Positions 1 through 12,274 of a DNA stretch of 64,000 nt are shown here, piece by piece. This DNA is from Escherichia coli (GTDB taxonomy: Bacteria > Pseudomonadota > Gammaproteobacteria > Enterobacterales > Enterobacteriaceae): NCBI RefSeq assembly GCF_016903815.1, contig NZ_CP069973.1; one strand, given 5' to 3'. Under the pieces are notes generated by a model. That model did no database searches. It saw nothing but the letters and a program-made list of their open reading frames with translations, and was not told the DNA's origin. The first letter of the stretch is position 1. Each line of letters begins with the position of its first letter. The position numbers and the translations under genes were made by a program.

Positions 1-714
1 TGCGTAACTGTTTTTCCACTATGCTCATAAACCATACTGCCAGAAGCACGGGGAAAACCGTTCCCTGATAGCCAATCATGGCGATTTCAAAACCGAAGAA
101 GTTCATTGTCTGAAATCCCGCAGCAACGCCCCAGGCATTTGTGAGTGCCGGGTGAGTCAGAATCCCTCCTAATGTCGCGCCAAGATAAGGATTTCCACCA
201 AATTCACGAGCAGCAGTAAAGCCAATAAGGATGGGGAGAATAATAAATGCGGCTGAACTGCACATATCCAGCAGGATATAAATCGCATTATCGGTATTCA
301 CCCAGCCATATGTTTTCACCATTCCCAGAAGCCCCATTAATAAACCAGAAGCAACAATGGCTGGAATGATGGGGACAAAAATATTAGAAAGTAGCCGTGC
401 TATTCGCTGAAAAGGATTGAGTTTTTGAGCGGCGAGTCGAGCGATATCTGCTTTACTGGATTCGCTAATACCTGCAACCTGAATAAAGGCAGCATAGACT
501 TTATTAACCACGCCGGTGCCAAAGATAATTTGCATTTGCCCTGAATTACGAAAACAACCTTTCACTCCATCAATCTGGCCAATGGCATGTTGATCGGCAA
601 GTGTGTCGTCAACCAGTACCAGCCGTAGGCGAGTGGCGCAATGTGCTGCACTGGCGATGTTCTCCTTACCACCTAATAAAGGAAGCAACGATTGGGCGAT
701 TTTATCGAAATCCA
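1..714 (-). CDS. scrA: PTS sucrose-specific EIIBC component, N-terminal part (gene continues beyond window start)
   Basis: Minus-strand translation from ATG at 712-714 reads MDFDKIAQSLLPLLGGKENIASAAHCATRL..., a BglF/ScrA-type EIIB-EIIC N-terminus; sits directly downstream of scrK-scrY in the scr operon order. Confidence 0.8.
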
Positions 715-775
715 TATAACCCTCTAATTCATTGTTATTTCAGTAAAAACTTCACATCTGTGAGGTTGTCTGGTA

Positions 776-2317
<1,542 letters not shown>

Positions 2318-2460
2318 TTATAAAAATTGCTAAAATGCTAAACCGGTTTAGGTGTTGATAATAAAGCTGACTTTTTAGCCAAAGCAATTATTTTCGCTAA
2401 ACCGATTTAGTAAATGTGACAGGCACGACAAATCGGGTTACAGATACAACAGCAGGATCA

Positions 2461-3381
2461 CTATTGTGAAGGGAGATCGTGTTGTCGGGGTAAGGCGGTC
2501 ATCGCGCCTTTAGCCGTGGTCGCCAGAGCACCACAAATCTGAGCTTGTACAATGATTCGTTCAAGCTGTCTGGTATTTGTTGGTATTCCAGAATCAGCCA
2601 GACCGGCAAGTAATCCAGCGACAAAAGCATCTCCTGCCCCGGTCGTATCGACGACAGAAACAGGTTTGGCGGGATAGTGGATAAACTGCCCCTGAAAATA
2701 CACAAGTACGCCATTTTTTCCTTGTGTGATAAGCAATAAAGTCAACGAATAACGTTGTACTAATGAATATGCGCCTTGCTGAACCTGGCTTTCGCCACTG
2801 ATGAATAGCAACTCTTCTTCGGACAATTTAGCGATATTCGCCAGCGAAAGTGCGCGATCAAGGTATTTCCTTAATAGCGCTTCACTCTGCCAGAGATCGC
2901 TGCGGATATTGGGATCAAAACTGATGTTTCCGCCAGCCTGACGTATTTTCTCCATAGCCAGAAATGCGGTACTTCGGGAAGGTTCTGCACTGAGCGCAAT
3001 GGAACAAAGATGGAGCCATTCACCCGGCCCAAATGCAGGAAGGCCATCAGGTTGTAAAAAAAGATCGGCACTTGGGCGTACCATAAAGGTAAAGTTTCTT
3101 TCTCCTTGCTCATCAAGTCCTACAGCCACAATTGAGGTGCGATGTTGAGGATCAAGAGACATATAACGTGTATCAACATTTTCTGTACTCAGTGTCTGAT
3201 ACATAAAGCGACCGAAAGGATCATCGCCAACTTTGCCAATAAAGGCACTTTTCCCCCCCAGCCTTGCGATACCGACTGCAACATTAGCAGGCGCCCCGCC
3301 AGGACACTGTAGTAGTCTCCCCTGGCTTTCGGGTAATAAATCAACAACCGCATCACCAAGTACCCATACTCTTGTGCTCAT
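2461..3381 (-). CDS. scrK: Fructokinase (PfkB/ribokinase family)
   Basis: 306-aa ORF MSTRVWVLGDAVVDLLPE... with C-terminal TGAGDAF motif typical of PfkB sugar kinases; first gene of scrK-scrY-scrA. Confidence 0.88.
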   Translation of the reverse strand: MSTRVWVLGDAVVDLLPESQGRLLQCPGGAPANVAVGIARLGGKSAFIGKVGDDPFGRFMYQTLSTENVDTRYMSLDPQHRTSIVAVGLDEQGERNFTFMVRPSADLFLQPDGLPAFGPGEWLHLCSIALSAEPSRSTAFLAMEKIRQAGGNISFDPNIRSDLWQSEALLRKYLDRALSLANIAKLSEEELLFISGESQVQQGAYSLVQRYSLTLLLITQGKNGVLVYFQGQFIHYPAKPVSVVDTTGAGDAFVAGLLAGLADSGIPTNTRQLERIIVQAQICGALATTAKGAMTALPRQHDLPSQ

Positions 3382-3940
3382 AAAGGCTCCAATATACTAA
3401 TTGCTAAACTAATTAAATCGATTTAGCAATTAAAGCATAAACGCTGCTCAGGAGAGAACAATATTCATCAATAGTTACGTGGTATTTTGTTGTGAGAATA
3501 TGTCGGAAATATGGTAAGTGATGAGATAGTCTTCCCCCACCTTCACGACCGCTTTCAATTGCGCCATAGCGAATAAATTTTAACCACAAAAGTAAGAGAA
3601 AGGCCATGATTGAACAGAAAATTACCGACATCGCTCAGGCTAAAACGAACTTTTATCTTTTCAGTATCAATGCTCGTGGCAATCACGCGGGAAAGATCAA
3701 ACTTTCTCACAACCAACTGCTTAACTGGCTGGTATAACAGCCAAAATGACCGTTGCGATGAAGGCTTGCGGGACATCCCATCACTGCCCACAGGAAATAA
3801 GGGAACTCAACTATGATGTAATATTGCATCCAGCACAACATGTTAAATCTTATCAATGGCGTCAGAAAAATGATTATAACAACGCACAGCAATAGCTGAA
3901 ACCTATCAATATAGAACTATACGACTGGTACCAATAAAAA

Positions 3941-3971
3941 GTCTGGACCTACAGAACGTCCAGGCTTTTTT
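3941..3971 (+). terminator. Rho-independent terminator-like hairpin (GTCTGGAC...GTCCAGGC followed by T-run)
   Basis: Inverted repeat with 9-nt loop followed by TTTTTT, seen directly in sequence. Confidence 0.45.
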
Positions 3972-4214
3972 GAAAATGCATCGGTTGATCTCGATGGAAG
4001 GACACAACTGATAGATCATGTTCTTGGACTTCTTACTGAATACGGCATTGTGTTCAGTAAAAGCGCAACAGAATTACGCCCCAAATTACCGGCATTACTT
4101 GAGGATGCGGCGATGCTGTACCTGCGGATTGGTACATGCCGTCTGAACAATATGGCTCCAGAAAAATGGCTGTGAACCGCCCCGGGTTTCCTGGAGAGTG
4201 TTTTATCTGTGAAC

Positions 4215-5105
4215 TCAGGCTGCCAGATCATCGTTTCCGATGGAAGCATAATAAGCTTTTTCTGCTTCTGCCGGAGGAGTATGGCCCAGCCTTCCCAGCA
4301 ATCGTCGATTGTTATACCAGTCCACCCACGTTAGTGTGGCCAGTTCCACTTCTGCACGGTTTTTCCAGCTCTTACGGTGTATTACCTCCGCTTTGTAAAG
4401 ACCATTGATGCTCTCAGCCATCGCGTTGTCATACGAGTCGCCTGTACTCCCTGTTGATGCCAGTAATCCGGCTTCTTTTAGTCGCTCCGTATAGGCCAGT
4501 GACACATACTGAGAGCCTTTATCGCTGTGATGGATGGTGCCAGACGGACGACGGGCCCACAACGCCTGCTCCAGCGCATCCAGCACGAATGTCGTTTCCA
4601 TAGACGATGAGACCCGCCACCCCACGATGTATCCGGCAAACACATCAATGATAAACGCCACATAGACGAAGCCCTGCCATGTGCTGACGTAAGTAAAATC
4701 AGCCACCCACAGCTGGTCAGGTCGTTCTGCCACGAACTGACGGTTTACGCGGTCGCCTGCGGCAACGGCTTTCCGGCTGATGGTCGTACGGACCTTTTTA
4801 CCCCGGAGAACACCGGCAAGTCCCATAACCGCCATGAGACGTGCCACTGTACATCTGGCCACCCTGATTCCTTCCCGTAACAACTGACGCCAGACTTTAC
4901 GCACACCGTACACCTGATGATTTTCATCGTATACGCGCTGTATCTCTCTCTTCAGCCAGTCGTCGTGCTGCGCACGGGCACTGCGTTTATCCGGATGATG
5001 TCGCTGTTGCTGACAATGGTAATACGTTGACGGGGCAATATGCAGTTCGCTGCATACCGGTCCGACCCCGTACTGCTCACGCAGCTTATCCAGCAGTGGC
5101 ATCAT
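4215..5105 (-). CDS. IS629-type transposase OrfB (DDE integrase core)
   Basis: 296-aa ORF with IS3-family DDE catalytic core (e.g. [16 protein letters not shown]). Confidence 0.9.
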   Translation of the reverse strand: MMPLLDKLREQYGVGPVCSELHIAPSTYYHCQQQRHHPDKRSARAQHDDWLKREIQRVYDENHQVYGVRKVWRQLLREGIRVARCTVARLMAVMGLAGVLRGKKVRTTISRKAVAAGDRVNRQFVAERPDQLWVADFTYVSTWQGFVYVAFIIDVFAGYIVGWRVSSSMETTFVLDALEQALWARRPSGTIHHSDKGSQYVSLAYTERLKEAGLLASTGSTGDSYDNAMAESINGLYKAEVIHRKSWKNRAEVELATLTWVDWYNNRRLLGRLGHTPPAEAEKAYYASIGNDDLAA

Positions 5106-5428
5106 TTTTTCCAGAGGCGGTCGAACTCCGCCTTCGCAAAATAAGCGGAAGCCTGGCGAAGGATATCGTTACTGCGGCGCAGTTCACGATTTTCACGTTC
5201 CAGCTCTTTCAGACGCTGACGTTCAGCGCTGGTGAGCCCACCATCACCGCCCCCGGTATCCCGCTCATGCTGGCGAACCCAGACACGCAGAGTCTCCGGC
5301 GTACAGCCAATCTTTGGAGCAATGGAACAAATTGCCGCCCACTGTGAGTCATATTCATCCTGACTTTCCAGAACCATACGAATCGCCCGCTGACGGACTT
5401 CGGGGGAAAAACGAGTATTTTTAGTCAT
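5102..5428 (-). CDS. IS629-type transposase OrfA (helix-turn-helix)
   Basis: 108-aa [26 protein letters not shown]...; IS3-family orfA, overlaps orfB for programmed frameshift. Confidence 0.9.
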   Translation of the reverse strand: MTKNTRFSPEVRQRAIRMVLESQDEYDSQWAAICSIAPKIGCTPETLRVWVRQHERDTGGGDGGLTSAERQRLKELERENRELRRSNDILRQASAYFAKAEFDRLWKK

Positions 5429-5453
5429 CCTGTTTACCTCTTTCTCAGGGAGT

Positions 5454-8400
5454 TTAGTCTCCAGGATTTCCGGGGCGGTTCAGCTGTTCATTAAAACGTT
5501 GTCCAGGCTGATCATAAAGTGCGCGTAATGTCTCCGCGGATGGCCGCGGTTGCATTTGCTGCATGCAGGGTTTCTGGTGGTAATCAAAATACTGTGGCAG
5601 ATGCTGGATCTCTGCTTTGTTTTCAATTACCCGTTGAAGGGCTCTTTGACGCAACTCTCTTGATGATTTGTCACGGATCGATTCCAATTGTAGCTGGCTG
5701 CCGCTACTAATTCGCTTACGAGCAGCATCAAAATCAAAGCGAATAGCCAATAGACTCGGCGTAGTCTCACTTAGCTGCAATTCCCCTAATTGCACTGATT
5801 CACGCTTATCTTTAATATAAACAATGATCTTATCATCAAGTTCAAAGCTGAGGTCAGCACCGGATTCCGTAGTATATGGGTAGAGTAAGCAACCACTCGG
5901 TGATTCCTGAAAGTCAGTAGAGTCGATGTTGACTATATCTCGTAGGTCTACTTCTGTATCAGATAATGCCTGCCATAACTCAATTGGGCTTGACTCACTA
6001 CTATCGAAGTCATCTTCATCCATCTCTTGATTAGGATTAGCTCGCTCAATGATGGCATCAATTACTGGCTCGAGGTTAAACAGTAGTTCAATAAAAGTAT
6101 TACGCTGATTAAGTGAGCCACGTTGTAATGAAAGTTGAGTATTAATTTTAGCCTGGGAATATTTACCAGCCTTTATACTTTCTTCGATCGATAATCCTTT
6201 TTCATACACTATTCTATTAATAGTGCGATTATCAGGATCTAAGTCTATCAATAGCCGCTCTCCTAGGCCAGTGATGTAACAACGCAATTCATGCGCAAAG
6301 CGTGGGTTAGATGACCAGTTACATTGAAAATAATAGATCCCATCATTTTGTTCTAGAAGCTTCACTTCTTGCGGCCAATCATCTGTGCCCCAGCAAACAG
6401 GAATTACCTTATCCTGTGACTCAGACGCCACAACTTGATTAATCTCAGCTTGTTCCGGTGCTCGAATTGACTGCAGCAAAGGATCGAGCGCGATAGGTAT
6501 ACCGTCAACGGTTTGTTTTGCGCGTTCTAGCTCAGCCTGCACCAGTACTGGCATATCTTCACTAAATAGCTCCTCCACCATACGATATACTGCAAAGCAA
6601 TCTCGCCCAAAAGCATCAGTACTTTCGGGATTCTCTGGCTGGTAGCGATTATCTGCAGTTAATTCATCACTGAATTCAAGCAATCCAATCAGAGTAATTA
6701 CTGTCTGCTCCCCGACTTGTACCAGCAGTTTCTCTGGGCAAAGATCTCCATGAGGTAACTGCTTTTCATGAAAAGCATGAATGGTGTTGATCAACTTTTC
6801 CGCAATTGTAAAACGTTGGGATTGTACTAACACGTTCTCAGCAATAAACTGTGACCACGGTAGGCCATCCACATACTCGCTCACTACATACAAGCCGCCT
6901 TGTCCTAATAGTCCATAGGACTGCACCTTAGGAGTTGGCAGATTTATATGCGTAAGCTTATCGATCCGTTGCTTAAAAGCGTGGATACGGCGGTTAACAC
7001 CAGGTTGTTGAGGGGTCAAAATAACACCATCCCACAATTTTACCTGCAGAGCTTTCCCACCTTGTTCACAGTGATAACTGATGCTGCCAGTCGTAGCAAT
7101 AGCAGCAAGAGCAGAGTAAACCATAGACAACTGTTCAGGAAGTGGAGGAAACTCAATTAACACACCAACGCTGTTCATCCCTTCGCGAAAGAATTTGTTT
7201 TGCTTTAATTCTTGATAAATCTGGTTAGCTTCATCAAATTCTTGGCTATGTTCCTTAGTAGCTGCATTAAACTCATTGAGCATTATGTCCGCACGTGGAA
7301 AGCGTTTACTTGGCTCAAGGTTAAGAGCTTGCTCAAACCAGCTATTTAGAATACCGCTAAAAGGATCAGTTAATGGAGCTCTCCATTCAGGCATCTGTCC
7401 AGGAGTCAGTAATGATTCACCTGCAAAACAAATACGATAAGCAATTACAGCCAACATGAATACATCTAGGCGATAGGGCTCAACTGCTTCTTCAAAAGCA
7501 TCTTCGGGCAAAATATATGGAGCACTTTGCAATGTCGGACGCAATGACTCTAGGCTATTATGTCCCTCCAGTGAGGCTGCGCCAAAGCCAGTAACGACAA
7601 TGCTCTTCTGATCCCCTGCGTACCATAGATTGTGCGGGTCAATATCACAATGACTGATACCCAAGCTATGTAATTCCGAGAATGGAGCTAATAATGCACG
7701 AACGCGATCAATACGCTCAGATTTACTCCATCCGTCAGCTTCGCTATCTAGAATCTCATCTAATCGGCTAAAACTACGGCGTAACTCATACAGCTCACGG
7801 GCATCATCAGTTATATCCTCCTCGGATAGTTCCCTTACAGCACGCAACATATAATCCTGCATAGTTGCGCTGCCATGACGAACTAGGCGACCGACTCGAG
7901 TCTCACGCAGAGCTATCTCAGCCCACAATGTTTGCATTGCGTTTGCTACACCCAAGGCATCAAAGTTCCACTGCCGTAGCAGACCTCTGTGTTGACTATT
8001 GTCTTTGTGGGTAGCCCTGAATTCGTTGTAGACCATGTGAGGGTGACTAAAGAATGGCTTATCGTTCGCAAGATAACCGCTTTCTTTTAGTGGCAAAGGC
8101 CTGACTTTTGGTCCTTCAAAGAAGGACTTAATTATAGGTAATGCCTCATCAGAATTTGGTCGAGGCTTTCCCCCTTCAAAAAGATGAAAAAAGTTAGTGT
8201 GTTGCACCAGCTTTTCGTAATTTTTTGGGTTACCTATAGTCAAGAATTCATCACGGGTATGAACATAGCGCCTCTCACTTAATGGCAAGTTTTCAGGACC
8301 AGCTGTGCCACACAGCACTACATGAGCCTCAACATGCAAAAAGTAACCCAGCTTACGAGATAACTCTTCCTGCAACAAATCTTTTAGTCGCAGTGCATGC

Positions 8401-8678
8401 TCACGCTTGATCTGATAGGGACTTTTGCCTCGTGACTTACCATTTTGCAGCCACTTCCCCCCTTCAAATGTGATGTTACCATTCCACTCTTTAAGCTCGA
8501 CTAATAGCAGACGGTCAGCAGTAATAATTAGCATATCGATTTCCATCGACCCTTGGCTATCAGTAACAACTAAGCCAGCATAGCCAAACCAACTATCTGG
8601 TAACTGCTTAACCATCATATCAACTGTTTTGGTTTCGCTGCGGTGCAGGCCAGCACCACCTACTATCTGATACTTCAC
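5454..8678 (-). CDS. Large uncharacterized protein: N-terminal NERD-like nuclease-related domain followed by two protein-kinase-like domains and a ~370-aa C-terminal region; native 3' end replaced by IS629 sequence
   Basis: 1074-aa ORF; NERD-like motif [22 protein letters not shown]; kinase catalytic-loop-like motifs [11 protein letters not shown]...GFG and [11 protein letters not shown]; last 9 codons (LNRPGNPGD) are encoded by the IS629 inverted repeat. Confidence 0.7.
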   Translation of the reverse strand: MKYQIVGGAGLHRSETKTVDMMVKQLPDSWFGYAGLVVTDSQGSMEIDMLIITADRLLLVELKEWNGNITFEGGKWLQNGKSRGKSPYQIKREHALRLKDLLQEELSRKLGYFLHVEAHVVLCGTAGPENLPLSERRYVHTRDEFLTIGNPKNYEKLVQHTNFFHLFEGGKPRPNSDEALPIIKSFFEGPKVRPLPLKESGYLANDKPFFSHPHMVYNEFRATHKDNSQHRGLLRQWNFDALGVANAMQTLWAEIALRETRVGRLVRHGSATMQDYMLRAVRELSEEDITDDARELYELRRSFSRLDEILDSEADGWSKSERIDRVRALLAPFSELHSLGISHCDIDPHNLWYAGDQKSIVVTGFGAASLEGHNSLESLRPTLQSAPYILPEDAFEEAVEPYRLDVFMLAVIAYRICFAGESLLTPGQMPEWRAPLTDPFSGILNSWFEQALNLEPSKRFPRADIMLNEFNAATKEHSQEFDEANQIYQELKQNKFFREGMNSVGVLIEFPPLPEQLSMVYSALAAIATTGSISYHCEQGGKALQVKLWDGVILTPQQPGVNRRIHAFKQRIDKLTHINLPTPKVQSYGLLGQGGLYVVSEYVDGLPWSQFIAENVLVQSQRFTIAEKLINTIHAFHEKQLPHGDLCPEKLLVQVGEQTVITLIGLLEFSDELTADNRYQPENPESTDAFGRDCFAVYRMVEELFSEDMPVLVQAELERAKQTVDGIPIALDPLLQSIRAPEQAEINQVVASESQDKVIPVCWGTDDWPQEVKLLEQNDGIYYFQCNWSSNPRFAHELRCYITGLGERLLIDLDPDNRTINRIVYEKGLSIEESIKAGKYSQAKINTQLSLQRGSLNQRNTFIELLFNLEPVIDAIIERANPNQEMDEDDFDSSESSPIELWQALSDTEVDLRDIVNIDSTDFQESPSGCLLYPYTTESGADLSFELDDKIIVYIKDKRESVQLGELQLSETTPSLLAIRFDFDAARKRISSGSQLQLESIRDKSSRELRQRALQRVIENKAEIQHLPQYFDYHQKPCMQQMQPRPSAETLRALYDQPGQRFNEQLNRPGNPGD

Positions 8679-8888
8679 GTTTTCTCCTGCACCACTAAAT
8701 TTTTGTTGGTGGTAGTCCAGTAAAAATGGATGTAGTTATCTAAGACAGCGCATAGATTGTGCCTGCCTAACCCTAAAAAGTGTAATTATGAAAAGTAACG
8801 CTAGAAATTCTATACCGTTCGCAAAGAGAACACTTTTCAAAGATATATCATCATCTTGAACATGTCACTATAATGGTGAATCCATAAG

Positions 8889-9050
8889 ATGCGAACACCA
8901 CATCTTGTGCCACTCAGCAAACAGGCTGTAGCCATACTGATAAAACTTCAGACATGGGCAGTTGAAAATGGTCTGGTCTTTACGGGAGCACATGACCCGC
9001 GTAAACCAATCAGCGAAAACACCGTAAATAAGGCCCTTAGGTGCCCTTGA
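8889..9050 (+). pseudogene. Tyrosine-recombinase (P4-type integrase) C-terminal fragment
   Basis: Translation MRTPHLVPLSKQAVAILIKLQTWAVENGLVFTGAHDPRKPISENTVNKALRCP resembles an integrase catalytic-domain segment; only 53 codons. Confidence 0.5.
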
Positions 9051-9145
9051 ACCACTATATCCAGACAGCCGTTGAGCTTAAGTTAACGTTACCGAGTGAC
9101 GTTGATATTCCCTCGGTGAGAGATAACCAAGGCACCATGAGGATG

Positions 9146-9773
9146 CTATTCGTTATAGTGTTCGAACGCCTCCGCAAGGTTTTTTACTGCCGTTAACACG
9201 TCCGGTTTAGGTATGATACTGATGTAATCGCTCTTCATCGTTTTCACGAACCGTTCTCTCATTCCATTACTCTGAGGGCTACTGACTGCCGTCGTGCAGA
9301 GCTCCAGATTCAACTCTCTGGCGAACTGCCGTGTTTCATGAGTTGTATAAGCCGAACCGTTATCGGTCAGCCACTGGATGGGCCATCCCGGTCTATCGCC
9401 AAAGCGTTTTTCTATCGCTCCTGACATGACATCCTGCACCGTTGCTTTGCCATAACCTCCCGTGCTTGCGGCCCAGTCTATGGATTCAAGATCGCAACAG
9501 TCCAGTGCGAACGTGACACGCAGTTTTTCGTCATCATCACAACCGAACTCAAAGCCATCGGCACACCAGCGCGGGTCGCTTTCCTTCACCGATATTCGGG
9601 CCTTTATGTTCCCTCTGCGGTCGTGAAGGTTTGTCATGTAATAACAACAGGTTATTCTCGCTCATTATTCGATAAACGCGATTTGCATTCACGAACTGCA
9701 GTCCTTCGTTAAGACTGCCGTCTGAGAATAGCCCGGACACGACGATAGCCATCGAATCGCTGAACAGCGTCAT
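9146..9773 (-). pseudogene. IS3-family transposase orfB remnant (frameshifted, truncated)
   Basis: Two overlapping minus-strand ORFs (9146-9637, 9549-9773) with integrase-core-like sequence (e.g. [20 protein letters not shown]); no orfA or inverted repeats. Confidence 0.6.
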
Positions 9774-9879
9774 TCGGCAGGCGATAAAGAAGGTGTCGTT
9801 ACGGGGAAGTCATCTTCACAGAGATTTTCAGTCAGTTAGCATTACCGACATTCATTCACCAACTTACCGGAGATAATCA

Positions 9880-10209
9880 ATGTCAAAACCCCGATGGACC
9901 ATTGAACAGAAAAGGCAGCACGTTGCTGCCTGGCGCGCCAGTGGTCTTACACGTCAGCAATACTGTGAACTCAACGATATTCCCTTCACATCACTTCGCG
10001 AATGGCCGCAGGATGTCGCAAAAGCTGAACGCCGGGCAAATGAACCGACCGTTCTTCCCGTTCATATTGCGCCACCACTGCATGCTGATGTACCACAGCC
10101 CGTCACGAATGAGCCAGTCACGCTCTTCCTTCCCGGCGGAGTACGGATGTGCTGTCAGCCGTCACAACTTACCGATGTCTTCAGGGCGCTCAAATATGCT
10201 CAGTCCTGA
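9880..10209 (+). CDS. IS66-family TnpA-like small protein
   Basis: 109-aa ORF immediately upstream of and overlapping tnpB. Confidence 0.55.
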   Translation: MSKPRWTIEQKRQHVAAWRASGLTRQQYCELNDIPFTSLREWPQDVAKAERRANEPTVLPVHIAPPLHADVPQPVTNEPVTLFLPGGVRMCCQPSQLTDVFRALKYAQS

Positions 10210-10588
10210 TAATGTCTTCATCGCGATTAAACCTGTTGACATGCGCCGGGGCATCGACACACTGACGCAGTATATACAGGATGAACTCCGGTCGACATGG
10301 CATGAGGGAGCCGCCTTCGTCTTTGTTAACAAAGTCCGTTCGCGTATCAAAGTTCTCCGGTGGGATAAACACGGGGTGTGGTTGTGTACCCGCCGTCTGC
10401 ACAAAGGCAGCTTCCGCTGGCCACGTGCAAATGATGCTGCCTGGCACCTAACTCCCGACGAGTTTAACTGGCTGATTGCCGGTGTTGACTGGCAGCAGGT
10501 TAAGGGACATGACCTGACGAAATGGGGCTGGCAGAATGAACCTGAACTGCGCCCTGAAAACACGCAAAATACACTGCTAACTCAGTGA
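10196..10588 (+). CDS. IS66-family accessory protein TnpB (Orf2)
   Basis: MLSPDNVFIAIKPVDMRRGIDTLTQYIQDELR... matches the IS66 Orf2 pattern; ATG at 10196 is in frame within the longer 9902-10588 ORF. Confidence 0.8.
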   Translation: MLSPDNVFIAIKPVDMRRGIDTLTQYIQDELRSTWHEGAAFVFVNKVRSRIKVLRWDKHGVWLCTRRLHKGSFRWPRANDAAWHLTPDEFNWLIAGVDWQQVKGHDLTKWGWQNEPELRPENTQNTLLTQ

Positions 10589-10594
10589 AAAATA

Positions 10595-11472
10595 ATGAAT
10601 ATCCGTATCTGGAGTGGTATACTCCCCTGTATGGATATCTCCGCTCTCAACACCACGAATGACATCGAAAAACTGCGTGCTATGGCACTTACCATGGTAC
10701 AAAAAGTCATGTCGGAGAATGCCGAAAAAGAGCGGGAATTACTGGAGAAAAGCCGGCGCATCCAGCTTCTGGAAGAAATGCTGAAACTGGTTCGTCAACA
10801 GCGCTTCGGTAAAAAATGTGAAACGCTGGCTGGTATGCAACGCTCCCTGTTCGAAGAGGATGTTGATGTCGATATCGCCGCGCTTACCGCACATCTGGAT
10901 AAACTGCTCCCGCAATCCCCTGAAGAAGACGAAAAAGCGTCCCGTTCACGCCCGATACGCAAACCCTTACCGGCTCATCTTCCACGGGTGGAAAAAATTA
11001 TCCAGCCGGACACTGACCATTGCCCTGAATGTGACGAGCCGCTGCACTATATCCGTGATGCGGTGAGTGAAAAGCTGGAGTATATTCCCGTTCACTTCGT
11101 GGTGAACCGTTATGTCCGTCCGCAATACAGTTGTTCCTGTTGCCAGAAGGTGTTCAGCGGTGAAATGCCGGCACATATCCTCCCGAAAAGTGCCGTTGAG
11201 CCATCAGTCATCGCACAGGTGATCATCAATAAATACGGTGACCACCTGCCTCTGTATCGCCAGCAACAGGTCTTTGCCCGTTCAGTGTCGGGCTGCCCGT
11301 CAGTTCGATGGCTGACATGGTTGGCGCGGCGGGTGCCGCATTATCTCCCCTGGCGGCGTTACTCCATCGCGAGTTGATAAACCGTCCGGTGGTGCATGCA
11401 GATGAGACTACCCTGAAGATCCTGAACACTAAGAAAGGCGGTAAATCCTGCTCCGGTTATCTGTGGGCAACC
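10595..11472 (+). pseudogene. IS66-family transposase TnpC, frameshifted and truncated
   Basis: N-terminal leucine-zipper-like region and zinc-finger motif CPECDEPL...CSCC; continuation ADETTLKILNTKKGGKSCSGYLWA lies in another frame (11308 onward). Confidence 0.75.
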
Positions 11473-12274
11473 AGCCTTCCGCCTCGTCCGGATCCGCTGT
11501 TTCCAGTGTCATCAGGAGCCGGCTGCATGCTTCCCCTGCCGTTTTACCCAGCGTGGCCCGCTGCGAAAGACGGATGCGGTTTCCGGCACCCAGCCCACTG
11601 CGGTTATCGATATGGACCTTAACCGGATCGGGTTCGGTGATAAGTGCGCGGGTATCCGGTGCCAGCAGACTCACCAGAGCCCGGATGCCTTCAGCATTGC
11701 GGGTGGGTAATCGCATGGCACCCAGTAAGGCCAGGAAACGGGAAACCGGCGTTGCCACCTGTTCAGCGGTGCCGGGTATACCGAGTCCGACCAGTCCCAG
11801 CAGACACTGCGATGTGGCATCGCGCCCCCCCTCCTCGAAAGTGGCCGGATACGCATATTTTCGCCAGATCCGGTAGTACTGGGTGGTGATGCGGTGGCTG
11901 AAAATATCCAGAAATGAGGTGAGCGCCTCATGTCCTTCACGGCGCTGCGCAATATCATCCAGCCAGGACGTCGGCAGAGGTGAGTCCACCCCATACATTC
12001 CGAGAAATGTCGTGCGGATCGTTGGGGGTAATGTCGGACGGTCTTCGTCGATCTCCACCGCTTTCAGGGTGCTGACCGGGAATCCCATCCCGGGCCAGGG
12101 CCTGAATCGCACCGGGTCATCGCCCGGATGGCTGGTCGTGCCCAGTTTTGGCCCGTCCGGATTTTCCAGCTCCAGCAGCTGGCAGAAACGATAAAAACTG
12201 GCCCGCCAGATATCGTTGTTAAGGGCCAGGGCCTGCGTCAGCCCGGTACGTGCTGGCTGTGATTCTCTTTTCAT
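11429..12274 (-). CDS. tssG: Type VI secretion baseplate protein TssG, C-terminally truncated at the IS66 junction
   Basis: 281-aa ORF with TssG-like segments (FYRFCQLLELENPDGPKLGT, PVRFRPWPGMGFP, FLDIFSHRITTQYYRIWRKY); 3' end overlaps IS66-derived sequence. Confidence 0.7.
   Translation of the reverse strand: MKRESQPARTGLTQALALNNDIWRASFYRFCQLLELENPDGPKLGTTSHPGDDPVRFRPWPGMGFPVSTLKAVEIDEDRPTLPPTIRTTFLGMYGVDSPLPTSWLDDIAQRREGHEALTSFLDIFSHRITTQYYRIWRKYAYPATFEEGGRDATSQCLLGLVGLGIPGTAEQVATPVSRFLALLGAMRLPTRNAEGIRALVSLLAPDTRALITEPDPVKVHIDNRSGLGAGNRIRLSQRATLGKTAGEACSRLLMTLETADPDEAEGWLPTDNRSRIYRLS

Larger units (their letters stand above)
4173..5482 (-). mobile_element. IS629/IS1203-like insertion sequence (IS3 family), complete, 1310 bp, flanked by 4-bp direct repeat GCTG
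   Basis: Terminal inverted repeats TGAACCGCCCCGG... at both ends (4173 and 5482), orfA/orfB pair inside, identical GCTG at 4169-4172 and 5483-5486. Confidence 0.9.
9800..11472 (+). mobile_element. IS66-family element remnant (tnpA, tnpB, frameshifted and 3'-truncated tnpC)
   Basis: Three-ORF IS66 organisation; tnpC shifts frame after ...FARS (~11285) and loses similarity after GYLWA (~11470); left boundary approximate. Confidence 0.7.

Noticed and set aside
3413-4408. Several 60-90 aa ORFs between scrK and IS629
   Set aside because: They are short, overlapping and without ribosome-binding-site or homology support. The region more likely holds the scrK promoter and the untranslated tail of the native NERD/kinase gene.
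9902-10588. 228-aa ORF spanning the tnpA-tnpB region
   Set aside because: It is an N-terminally over-extended frame. The IS66 TnpB-like sequence begins at the in-frame ATG at 10196 and the upstream part overlaps tnpA in another frame.
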